Shown piece by piece: positions 27,100 to 35,985 of a stretch of 64,000 nt of DNA. The number at the start of each line of letters is the position of its first letter. The first letter of the stretch is position 1. The position numbers and the translations under genes were made by a program. Where the stretch lies: positions 1,888,001 through 1,952,000 of the forward strand of contig OZ245838.1 in assembly GCA_965228735.1 (NCBI GenBank), written 5' to 3'. The notes under the pieces are model-generated. The model ran no database searches. It was not told where the DNA came from and saw nothing but the letters and a program-made list of their open reading frames with translations. Origin of the DNA: Planctomycetota bacterium. GTDB taxonomy: Bacteria > Planctomycetota > UBA1135 > UBA2386.

Positions 27100-27888
27100 A
27101 TGACGACAGCAAATCTACAAGCCCGGCTCCGAGAGCGCGAGGCATCCCAGCGGCGCCAGAAGGCCGATCAGATCGCCCAGGCCCAGCGAACCTACTCCGA
27201 CCTCGTGATCGCCGCCTACCGCGGCGAGGTCACCAGCGAGGCCGACGTCGAGCAGCTCGAAGCAGCGATGGCCGTGCTCGATCTGGCGCCCCACAACTTC
27301 GACGAAGACGTCGCTGCCCTCGCGGTGCTGAAGCAGACCCGCGACAACGTCTCGGTCGCCCAGGCCGGCGAAGCCGTCGAAGCCGCCCGCGGAGCGGAGA
27401 CCGACGGCAGAAGGCGCGCGAAGCAGATGCGCGAAGAAGCCGACCAACTCGAACGGGCGCTCGCCGCAGACGTCGGAACCGCCAAGGCCGGGGTCCGGGA
27501 GACGCGCGCGAAGCTCGCGTATGCCGATCGCCTCGTAGCCACCCTCAGCGAGCACGGCGTCGTCGTCCCGGCCGATGCGCAACCGGTGACGACGGCGACC
27601 GAACGTGTGCCGCACCGCGTCATCGAGGTCGCCCAGATCGACAACTGCCTGCACGAGCCGGGCGCGGTCGTCTTGTGGCCCGCGGGCGAGCCGCACGCCT
27701 GCCTCCAACCCATCGAGCCGGGTCGCGAGGGCGACCCGTGGGTGCCTCCTCCCGCGCCGCCGTTGCCGCCCACGAGCAGCTCGGTGCTGGCGGAAGCACG
27801 CCGCGACGTCGAGGCCGCCCTCGTGCGCGGTGAACCGGTCCTGCCGAATGTCTTTGGCGGCTTGCCGAAGTCCGAGGAGGAGAAGTAG
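27100..27888 (+). CDS. Hypothetical coiled-coil protein
   Basis: 262 aa, helical Ala/Glu/Arg-rich, 2 nt before the scaffold-like gene. Confidence 0.7.
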   Translation: MTTANLQARLREREASQRRQKADQIAQAQRTYSDLVIAAYRGEVTSEADVEQLEAAMAVLDLAPHNFDEDVAALAVLKQTRDNVSVAQAGEAVEAARGAETDGRRRAKQMREEADQLERALAADVGTAKAGVRETRAKLAYADRLVATLSEHGVVVPADAQPVTTATERVPHRVIEVAQIDNCLHEPGAVVLWPAGEPHACLQPIEPGREGDPWVPPPAPPLPPTSSSVLAEARRDVEAALVRGEPVLPNVFGGLPKSEEEK

Positions 27889-27890
27889 AG

Positions 27891-28514
27891 ATGACTGACC
27901 AAGAACTCACGCTCGCGCAGCGCATGTTCGGTCGTCCTGAGGGTGCCCAGGACGCTGCACCCGACGATGCCCTCGTGCCCGACACCGCGAAGGACGACGC
28001 GCCAGAGGAGCGCAGCGTGGCATCAAGGATGTTCGCGAAGCAGGAGCCAGTCGATTCCAACGACACCGAGGACGCCGAGGGCACCGACGACCCCGGTGAT
28101 GAAACCCCGGGCGACGTTGACGATGAGCAGTCGGGGTTCCGCCGTCGCTATCAACTGCAGGTCGAGGGCACCGAAGTCGACCCGCGGATGAACGACACGA
28201 TCCTGGACGCAGCCCACGAGGCCGGCATGAGCCAGGACGCCACGGAGAAGTTCGTCGAGAACATCGCGCCGCGACTGATCGCCGAGCATCAGGCGCAGGC
28301 TCGAGCGCGATTCAACGAGTGGACAGAAGCGACGAAGTCGGACGCCGAGATCGGCGGCGCTCGCCTCGACGAATCCATCGGTGTCGCCAAGCGCACCCTC
28401 GACGCCGTCAAAGTCTCGCCCGAGTTCCGCCAGTTCATCTTCGACTCGGGCCTCGGGAATCACCCGGACTTCGTTCGCCTCTTGGTCCGGGCCGGCAAGC
28501 GCATGGGGGTTTGA
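27891..28514 (+). CDS. Satellite scaffold-like protein, homolog of 679-1371
   Basis: SDAEIGGARL.ES...A.R.L...DSGLGNHP..VR....GK aligns with helper NDPEFGGDNL.SN...RAL...TGLGSN...AG. Confidence 0.8.
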   Translation: MTDQELTLAQRMFGRPEGAQDAAPDDALVPDTAKDDAPEERSVASRMFAKQEPVDSNDTEDAEGTDDPGDETPGDVDDEQSGFRRRYQLQVEGTEVDPRMNDTILDAAHEAGMSQDATEKFVENIAPRLIAEHQAQARARFNEWTEATKSDAEIGGARLDESIGVAKRTLDAVKVSPEFRQFIFDSGLGNHPDFVRLLVRAGKRMGV

Positions 28515-28516
28515 TC

Positions 28517-28891
28517 ATGCCCAAGAAGAATTCCAAGGGATCCGATCCGCCGCAGCAGATCGCGCTCTCGGGAAACCGCGCAAAGGACGGCAAGTTCCTT
28601 CCGGGTCATAGCCTCCCAGGCCCCGGACGGCTGCGCGGCTACGACCCTGTGAAGGCGGCGGTCGCGGCGTGCGAGCGCAACGGCACGACGCTCGAACACG
28701 AGCTTGGCGAAGTCTTGTTCACGCTCATCTCGCTGGCCAAGAAGGGCGACGTCGCCGCTGCACGCGAAGTCCTGAGCCGCACAACCGCTGACATGAAGTG
28801 GACCGCATCGAATGACGGGAAGTTCACGGTGACGGTCGTCAACACCGGCGTACCAACCGGGAACGACCAGATCGAGGAACTGCTCTCATGA
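28517..28891 (+). CDS. Putative terminase small subunit
   Basis: RAKDGKFLPGHS.PGPGR, AKKGDVAAA; ATGA-coupled to TerL. Confidence 0.65.
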   Translation: MPKKNSKGSDPPQQIALSGNRAKDGKFLPGHSLPGPGRLRGYDPVKAAVAACERNGTTLEHELGEVLFTLISLAKKGDVAAAREVLSRTTADMKWTASNDGKFTVTVVNTGVPTGNDQIEELLS

Positions 28892-30285
28892 AACCACCAC
28901 CGCAGATCGATCTCGGCTACCTACCACGCGACTGGCAGCGTGAGTGCCACCAGCTCAAGCGCAAGAACCGGTTCGCGGTGCTGGCGCTCCACCGCCGCGC
29001 CGGCAAGACGCTCTGGGCGTTGATGGAACTCGTCCATGCGGCGCTGCAGTTCGACAAGGAGCTGGGCCTGTTCTTCTTCGTCGCCCCGACCCTGAAGCAG
29101 GCGAAGGCGATCGCGTGGCGCGAGCTGAAGCGCATCCTCGAACCACTCCGAATCGCCGGCCTCGTTGAGATCCGGGAGACGGAGTTGACAGTCGAGTTCA
29201 AGCACAACGGCGCGCGCATCTCGCTGTTCGGCGCCGACAACCCGGACGCCATGCGTGGCGTTCGCCTCGATGGCGTCGTCATCGACGAGGTCGGCCACGT
29301 TCCACCGGACACCTGGTTCTCGATCCTCCAGCCGACGTTGTCCGACCGGCTCGGGTGGGCAGTGTTCATCGGGACGCCGAATGGGATCAACCTCTTCAGC
29401 GAGTTGTTCTTCAAGGCGACGGACGAGGACGAGTGGCACGCTGGTCGCTACACGGTGAGCGAGACACAGGCCCTCGACGCCAAGGAGGTCGAACGCCTCC
29501 GGCGCGACATGCCAGACACCGCGTTCGCCCGCGAGTATCTCTGCGACTTCTCGGCCGGCGGTGAAGACCAACTGATCTCGCTGTCCGACGTCGAATCCGC
29601 CGCGCAGCGTGAGTGGACAGAGCGCGAGGTCGCCGGTGCGCCGCGCATCCTCGGTGTCGACGTCGCCCGATTCGGTTCGGACCGCAGCGTCGTCATCAAG
29701 CGCCAGGGCCTGCACACCTGGAAGCCGATCGTCTACAAGGACGTCGACCTGATGACGCTCGCGAGCGCGGTGGCGAGCATCATCCAGCAGTGGCGCCCGG
29801 ACGCCGTGTTCGTCGACTCAGGCGGCGTTGGTGCCGGACTGGTGGACCGACTGCGGCAGCTCCACTTCGACGTGCATGAGGTCAACTCGTCGAGCAAGGC
29901 CGGCAAGCCGGACGCGTTCACGAACCGACGTGCAGAGTGCTGGTCTGCGATGGCCGACTGGGTCCGCGGCGGCGGGTCGATCCCGAACGACACCGCGTTG
30001 AAGCAGGAGCTGGCAACGCCCGTCTACTCGTTCGACGCGAGCGGCCGGAAGAAGCTCGAATCGAAGGACGACATCAAGAAGCGCCTCGGTGGCGGTAGCC
30101 CCGACACCGCGGATGCACTCGCGCTCACGTTCGCGAGCCCAGTGACACCAGCCACCGAGGTCGACCGCGTCCTGGAACAGTTCGACGTCCACCGTCCGCG
30201 TGCGAAGACGTATGGCGACCACGACCCCTTCGCGGTCCTCGACGAGGTCGAGAAGAGCCACGATCCGTTCGCCTGGAGGCGCTGA
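28888..30285 (+). CDS. terL: Terminase large subunit (satellite)
   Basis: HRRAGKT, VVIDEVG, FIGTPNG, F.REY.CDF, LGVDVARFGSD, SPDTADALALTFA. Confidence 0.93.
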   Translation: MKPPPQIDLGYLPRDWQRECHQLKRKNRFAVLALHRRAGKTLWALMELVHAALQFDKELGLFFFVAPTLKQAKAIAWRELKRILEPLRIAGLVEIRETELTVEFKHNGARISLFGADNPDAMRGVRLDGVVIDEVGHVPPDTWFSILQPTLSDRLGWAVFIGTPNGINLFSELFFKATDEDEWHAGRYTVSETQALDAKEVERLRRDMPDTAFAREYLCDFSAGGEDQLISLSDVESAAQREWTEREVAGAPRILGVDVARFGSDRSVVIKRQGLHTWKPIVYKDVDLMTLASAVASIIQQWRPDAVFVDSGGVGAGLVDRLRQLHFDVHEVNSSSKAGKPDAFTNRRAECWSAMADWVRGGGSIPNDTALKQELATPVYSFDASGRKKLESKDDIKKRLGGGSPDTADALALTFASPVTPATEVDRVLEQFDVHRPRAKTYGDHDPFAVLDEVEKSHDPFAWRR

Positions 30286-30484
30286 TCGCTTTCATGCTGT
30301 GCTCCCTCACCAACGGAGAGCGCGGTTCCCGGTTGGATCCTCCGAAAGAAAAACTGCGGGTGGGAACGCTTCCTAGCGCATAGACGCAGACGGCGTTGCA
30401 ACGAATCGTGCAACGCAGTTCACCCTGCGCATTTTTGAATCATGAAGCGAACATTGGTGTGGGCACAGACGTCCAGAGCGAGCA

Positions 30485-31045
30485 ATGCCAACTCCAACGA
30501 AAGTCCCCGAACGATACTGGACCACCTGCTGGGCGACCCTCAGGTTGCGGAGCATCAAGTGGTGCACCAAGTTCGGATTCCCCTACCCCTGTGGCCTGAT
30601 TCGATTCACGATCCGATTGCCATACCCTTGCCGAAAAACACGAATGGTCGATGGCTGGTGCTATCACTGCCAACCTCTTGAGACACGCGGCTCGGGTTTG
30701 TTCCGTTGCCGGCAAGAATGCTGCGAGAACGGAGTCCTCTACGAGCGTTCGATCTGGTGTGCCGGAGGGCGCCTCCGGAAACTCGTTGCAGACCTTTGCG
30801 TCAAGGACAAGCTCTCCTCCGCAGGTTCCTGTGGCTCACCTAACAGCGGTCCCACCACGTTCGAAGAAGCACTGGAGAAGGCGCCGATGCCGGTTGAATC
30901 TCGAGCGACCCGCGGACTTGGTGACATCGTCGAAAAGATCATCCGATTCATGACGCTCGGATTGGTCGAGCCGTGCGCTGCCTGCAAGACACGGCAGGCT
31001 CTACTGAACAGGCTGTGGCCCTTCAGACGCATGAGGCCAGCCTGA
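30485..31045 (+). CDS. Cys-rich hypothetical protein
   Basis: C-terminal GLGDIV...C..C..RQ..LN motif; start uncertain; low GC. Confidence 0.45.
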   Translation: MPTPTKVPERYWTTCWATLRLRSIKWCTKFGFPYPCGLIRFTIRLPYPCRKTRMVDGWCYHCQPLETRGSGLFRCRQECCENGVLYERSIWCAGGRLRKLVADLCVKDKLSSAGSCGSPNSGPTTFEEALEKAPMPVESRATRGLGDIVEKIIRFMTLGLVEPCAACKTRQALLNRLWPFRRMRPA

Positions 31046-31304
31046 AAAGAGCGGGGCGTTCGCCGATGCGATGCAGGAACAGCGGCGGGCTGCGCTACGC
31101 GCGCCCGCCGACCAGGCGAAAGCAAGCATCCCGCCTAGCGTCACGATGCGGCGACCGCGCGCCGGATCTACGAGACGTCTACCCACGTCGACCGCGCGGA
31201 GGCACGGGCCGCGTGGCTCGAAGCGGCCGAGGACTTGAGGTGGTGCGGTGCGGCGATCGCGGAGTGCAGCACCACATGTTCACTCCCGGTGCTACGATCG
31301 TCTA

Positions 31305-31979
31305 ATGGGCACCAACAAGGAGCAGCGAGGGACCGACTATGACCTGGACAAAAGGTTCGAGAACTACTGCTTCTTGAGACTTTGCATGATCGATCTCAGC
31401 GCCGCGAAGCGCCGCGTTGCGCAGTTAGAACCGCTGAAAGACGACAGCGTTCGCATCCCCCTGCTTGAGAACGTTGTGGTCGTCTACGCCCGCCCGTTCT
31501 CGGGGAACAAGGGGAGAGTGCAAGGCAAGCACCGCCTGCCGAAGTCGCACATACCGAGCGATTCTCTGGATCTGCATCGAGAGCTAATCGCACTTCGAAA
31601 CGAGCTGTTCGCCCACAGCGATGCGACGTTCCACGACCCGGTGGTCATGCGAAACATCGGGCCGCCGGAAGCACCATTGCATCCAGTGCGGTTTCGGGTC
31701 GCCGACTTCCAGAGTCTGTCGACGCGGATTCCTGACCTTCGAACGCTGTTCGAAGGTGTCGAGGCTATTGTACGAAGGGCAGTAGACGCGGCCCATCGAG
31801 ACCCTTGGTTCGCCGATGCGGCGAAAGCGGGGAAGCTCGAACACACGATTCACATGGGCTCGTTCAACTTTGCTGGAAAGGGCCCGGGCACCTACACCAC
31901 TCCCTATCTTGTAGACATGGGGGCGACGACTGAGGTCGCGCGAGATTCGTCGGCAGAAGATGATGAGGCGAGCGAGTAG
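31305..31979 (+). CDS. HEPN-like hypothetical protein
   Basis: LH..L..LRNELFAH (Rx5H) in a helical protein. Confidence 0.6.
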   Translation: MGTNKEQRGTDYDLDKRFENYCFLRLCMIDLSAAKRRVAQLEPLKDDSVRIPLLENVVVVYARPFSGNKGRVQGKHRLPKSHIPSDSLDLHRELIALRNELFAHSDATFHDPVVMRNIGPPEAPLHPVRFRVADFQSLSTRIPDLRTLFEGVEAIVRRAVDAAHRDPWFADAAKAGKLEHTIHMGSFNFAGKGPGTYTTPYLVDMGATTEVARDSSAEDDEASE

Positions 31980-31987
31980 CGACGCGC

Positions 31988-33256
31988 TTATTCCGAGGCA
32001 AAGAGGTTGGGCAGGTCTGCGGCCTGCTCGCGTGCTTCGTCAGACAGCTCTAGTAGCGCGACTACGTCGTAGGCCCTGCCCCCGGCCGCCGTTGAGTTCG
32101 TCGCCACCACGATGCCCCTCTTGGTGTCGGAGTTGACGACGGCAGAAACGAGAACCGCGCCGGCAAACTTGATTCGCTCGCCGCGAGGTTCGTCGCTGTA
32201 CACGAAGACATACGCACAGTCGTTCGTGATCCACCTGAAGTACTGCACCGACCCGTCCTCCGCGTCGCGAGCAGCCCGGTGCATCAGCTTGCCCATTTCA
32301 ATTCGACGGGACCGAGTCAGGTCAGACAGGAGAACAATTGCCGCGGCCACATCAGCTTTGGTTCCGGCTTCGTTCCACTCTTGCTCAGGGTCTCGCTCGT
32401 GCATTCGAGCGATCACGTCGTCGACCAACAGCCCATACTGCCGATCCGGAGAGTCTCGCAACTCGCCAGAGAGGAGTGAGTGGGCGTGGCCCATCGTCTT
32501 GCGCAGGATCTCGCCGTCGATATCGGGCCGGACGCGAACGAGCCAATCCGGGAGTTCGACCAACACCTGACTGACGAACGAGAACTCGTCATGCACGCGG
32601 GCGACGACGCCGGACAACACTAGGTCCTGGCGCAACCCCAGATACCAGAGCAGGTCACCCGCGGTGTCCATCCGCGTTGCAAGCTCGATGAAGTCTCGCA
32701 GCGACACCACGTGGACCGGGAACCCAACATCGGCCAGCTCCGGCTCCATCTCGCTCGCTACGAACGGTGTATCGTCCGGCATATCGATCACGATCAACCC
32801 GAACCGAACGGGGTAGCAGTCCGGATCGAAAGGCATTGGGCCGAGAGTGTCGCTCACGACCTCGGGAACAAGGCGCTCGCGCAGCATGCGCTCGCCATAG
32901 GTGACCTGCTTCAGTGCCTTCTTGAGGTTCTTCCGAGCCCAGCCCGTCCCTGCACGCTCGCCAGTCTGCGCCTTGCATTGCACGAAGAGCGCGGTGTCGT
33001 CGAAGAGCACGAGTCCATCTGCCAGCTCGCCCTTGCCCCCTTTTCCAGGCTGCTCGCGAAACACGAAGTCGCGAAAGAACGCTGCCTCCAGAAGCCAGTT
33101 CGTCAGCTTTTCTTCATACTTGCCGTCGGCACGCTCGGGCGGTGCCGACATGTTGAAGCGGCGCCACGGCTCCTCTTCGATGACCATTGGCCCATCGTGA
33201 CCCTCTTGCCAACCAGTGTCGATACCGGGGGGCATTTCGGTAGCCGTGCGACCCAA
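31988..33256 (-). CDS. NERD/PD-(D/E)xK-like nuclease domain protein
   Basis: GELADGLVLFDDTALFVQCKA...ALKQ; start uncertain. Confidence 0.6.
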   Translation of the reverse strand: MGRTATEMPPGIDTGWQEGHDGPMVIEEEPWRRFNMSAPPERADGKYEEKLTNWLLEAAFFRDFVFREQPGKGGKGELADGLVLFDDTALFVQCKAQTGERAGTGWARKNLKKALKQVTYGERMLRERLVPEVVSDTLGPMPFDPDCYPVRFGLIVIDMPDDTPFVASEMEPELADVGFPVHVVSLRDFIELATRMDTAGDLLWYLGLRQDLVLSGVVARVHDEFSFVSQVLVELPDWLVRVRPDIDGEILRKTMGHAHSLLSGELRDSPDRQYGLLVDDVIARMHERDPEQEWNEAGTKADVAAAIVLLSDLTRSRRIEMGKLMHRAARDAEDGSVQYFRWITNDCAYVFVYSDEPRGERIKFAGAVLVSAVVNSDTKRGIVVATNSTAAGGRAYDVVALLELSDEAREQAADLPNLFASE

Positions 33257-33268
33257 CGGTCTACGGCA

Positions 33269-33724
33269 TCATTCAAAGAGCAGGGGGCGCATCCGCGTGT
33301 AGAGACGCGTCAGCTCGTAGAGGCCGTCCCCGGATGCCCTTCTAAAGTCGGCGACGCCACCCTGGTCGTGGTCGGAATCGAACACGCTGTGCCAACCGGA
33401 TCGCTCGTCGACGATCACGGGTCCGGGCGCGTCTGAGAACTGGTCGGCCGTTATGTCGACGACCAAGTCGCCCCGCTGTAGCCACGAGTGGCACCACCAG
33501 TCTCCGCCGTAGGGCCTCTGACTGTTGACATACTCGAAACCGGAGATGCCGCTGTCCACGAGATACGCCCCAAGCAGCATCGTGGCATCGCCACACGCTC
33601 CGTGGGGGAAGTCGCGCATCTGAACCGGTAGCTGCGCGGGCGGCACCTCGGGAACCGTCTCGTCGAGCACGCGCCGCATCCGATGCGCGAGGTCCTCGAT
33701 CTGCTGTCGCTCAGGATCAGTCAC
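33269..33724 (-). CDS. Papain/transglutaminase-like Cys-His-Asp protein
   Basis: FPHGAC...HSWL...VVDITADQF; GTG start at 33724. Confidence 0.65.
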   Translation of the reverse strand: MTDPERQQIEDLAHRMRRVLDETVPEVPPAQLPVQMRDFPHGACGDATMLLGAYLVDSGISGFEYVNSQRPYGGDWWCHSWLQRGDLVVDITADQFSDAPGPVIVDERSGWHSVFDSDHDQGGVADFRRASGDGLYELTRLYTRMRPLLFE

Positions 33725-33725
33725 T

Positions 33726-33932
33726 TCACGGCCTGCGCGGATCGTAGAGCCGGGCAGCCTGCTCGTCGGCCGCCTTGACCCCGTCGGCGCCGCACTTCCG
33801 CATCCACGCCTCGTAGGCGGAGACGGCGTCGTGCATGAGCGGGTTCTCCTCGTCGGGCACCCGGTCAACGCCGATGCGGCGGGTCAGCTCGTCGAACGCC
33901 TCGATGTGCTCGGGACCGGTGTCGTTGGTCAT
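33726..33932 (-). CDS. Small hypothetical protein
   Basis: 68 aa, abuts the downstream gene. Confidence 0.45.
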   Translation of the reverse strand: MTNDTGPEHIEAFDELTRRIGVDRVPDEENPLMHDAVSAYEAWMRKCGADGVKAADEQAARLYDPRRP

Positions 33933-34079
33933 GCCCAAGGATTGTCGCGACGGCGCGATCGATCGCCACTCGGGGCCGCGATCTGGTCGGGGCGTCGATT
34001 TGGTCGACTATCTGGTCGGCTTTCGATCACCCGGTGTCGTAACGTCAAGCGCGCACGCGGCGTGCGGCAAGTCTGACCA

Positions 34080-34109
34080 GGGTTCGATTCCCGCCGCCTC
34101 CACCATTCT
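34080..34109 (+). repeat. att core copy 2 (attR of satellite)
   Basis: Exact repeat of 17898-17927. Confidence 0.9.
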
Positions 34110-34138
34110 TCAAAACGACCTGATTGGTCCGTTCCAGT

Positions 34139-34189
34139 CCGGCCGAGTTCGGAAGTTTCTTTTAAAGAAGCGCTTCCTTGCTCGGCCGG
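34139..34189. terminator. Long imperfect hairpin downstream of attR
   Basis: CCGGCCGAG..GGAAG.TTCTTT / AAAGAA..CTTCC..CTCGGCCGG. Confidence 0.45.
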
Positions 34190-34282
34190 CTCACTTTCAG
34201 AGTCCGACGAATTCCGAGACGAACCGCTGGCGGTTGCAGACTCAGATATCCGTTCGAGTATCTGCGGTCGATCCGCCATCTG

Positions 34283-35645
34283 GGGAGTGTGCGATGAACG
34301 GTGTATTCGCGTGACGGCTGGTGGGATCCTTTGACCCGTAGGGAGCCCACCGATGACCCCGAAGAAGAATGACCGCCACCGAATCCCGGACGAGCTGATC
34401 GACCAGCTCCTCGCCAACTACGAGAAGCCAGAAGACCTGACAGGAAAGGACGGCATCCTCAAGGAGCTGACGGCCCGGCTGCTCGGCCGAGCCCTCGAAG
34501 GCGAGATGACCGAGCACCTCGGCTACGAGAAGCACGCACCGCGTGCCGAGGGCACGAGCAACGCGCGCAACGGATCACGCAGCAAGACGATCAAGGTCGA
34601 GGACGGCGAGCTCGAGATCGAGGTGCCGCGCGATCGCGACAGCACGTTCGAGCCCGAGATCGTCAAGAAGCGCCAGAGACGCTTCGCGGGCTTCGACGAG
34701 AAGATCCTGGCGCTCTACGCCCGCGGCATGACCGTCCGCGACATCCAGGCCACCTGGAGGAGCTGTACGGCGTCGAGGTCTCGCCATCGCTGATCTCGAG
34801 CGCCACGTCGGCGGTCCACGAAGGCGTCCTGGCCTGGCAGAGCCGGCCGCTCGAGCCGGTCTACCCGATCGTCTTCCTCGATGCGCTCGTCGTGAAGGTG
34901 CGCGACGAAAGCGTCGTCCGAAACAAGTCGGTTTACCTGGCGATCGGCGTCACGCTCGACGGCCGCCGCGAAGTCCTCGGGATCTGGATCGAGCAGACGG
35001 AGGGCGCGAAGTTCTGGCTGAAGGTCATGAACGAGCTGAAGACGCGCGGCGTCCAGGACATCCTGATTGCGTGCTGCGATGGCCTGAAGGGCTTCCCGGA
35101 CGCGATCGAGCACGTGTTCCCGCAGGCCACCGTGCAGACCTGCATCGTGCACATGATCCGGAACTCGCTGCGCTTCGTCAGCTACAAGGATCGCAAGGCC
35201 GTCGCCAAGGACCTCAAGCCGATCTACACGGCCGCCAACCGCGAAGCGGCCGAGGCAGCGCTGGATGCCTTCGACAAGAAGTGGGGCCGCCGCTACGAGA
35301 TGATCACCTCGTCCTGGCGAGCGAACTGGGAGCGTGTCGTGCCGTTCCTCGACTTCCCGCCCGAGGTCCGGCGCGTGATCTACACGACCAACCAGATCGA
35401 GGCGCTCAACTCGAGCCTGCGCAAGCTGCTGCAGTACCGCGGCCACTTCCCGGACGACAAGTCCGTCACCAAGCTGCTCTACCTCGCGCTGCGTCGCTTC
35501 GAGAAGAAGTGGACGCGTGCGCTCTGGAATTGGAGCGCCGTCCTCGGGCAGCTCGCTATCTTCTTTCAAGGCAGGATACCTGCCCTGTAACCGTGACCTC
35601 ACTCCGCCAGCTGGTCGCCGTTTACACCGTTAGCTGCACACTCCC
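34283..35645 (+). mobile_element. IS256-family insertion sequence
   Basis: Imperfect terminal IRs GGGAGTGTGC-N4-AACGGTGTA; 8-bp target duplication GCCATCTG (34275-34282, 35646-35653). Confidence 0.92.
34353..35590 (+). pseudogene. IS256 transposase with 1-bp frameshift near 34750
   Basis: RNG, VPRDR..FEP, YARGM..RDI in the first frame; DGLKG, CIVH..RN, YTTN.IE in the second; DIQA-HLEE broken by a missing C. Confidence 0.88.
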
Positions 35646-35985
35646 GCCATCTGCGTCGGAGTCGCGGAGTCCGACTCAACGTCCACCTTTCCAGTCCTCG
35701 AATCCCGCCCTGGCACGTTCCGCAAAACGCCGAAGATCACGGAGCGCACGACTCCCACCCAGCTCCGCCAAGGCGCACTCGACGGCGGCAGCCAGGGAAC
35801 TGTGGTGCTCCATGCGTGCCTGGAGCTGCGACAACAGCCCTAAAGCCTGCACCTGATCACCGGCTCTAATGGCTAGTTCAAGATCTTCAAGAAGCTGCTC
35901 CACTGCTCGCCTCCGGCTCGTGTAGCCTTCCCATTGGGAGAGTAGAAGGAAGCGTGGCGAACAGCCAGCTAAAGGAGCAGACGAA

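Larger units (their letters stand above)
17898..34109. mobile_element. 16.2-kb integrated phage satellite (PICI-like)
   Basis: 30-bp direct repeats, integrase at one end, AlpA-like gene, primase-helicase, scaffold/TerS/TerL, no capsid, portal or tail. Confidence 0.85.

Noticed and set aside
26140..28900. Helper late-promoter box upstream of the satellite packaging genes
   Set aside because: No GTGTAACCGTAA-N14-TAGCGT found by eye; only a weak GTGAC-N9-GTTAC near 26606.
30290..30700. Short ORFs downstream of the satellite TerL
   Set aside because: Low-GC region with several overlapping frames and no motif, RBS or codon support.
17898..34109. cf-PICI or a second complete prophage
   Set aside because: No recognisable major capsid, portal, protease, tail or lysis genes between the att repeats.
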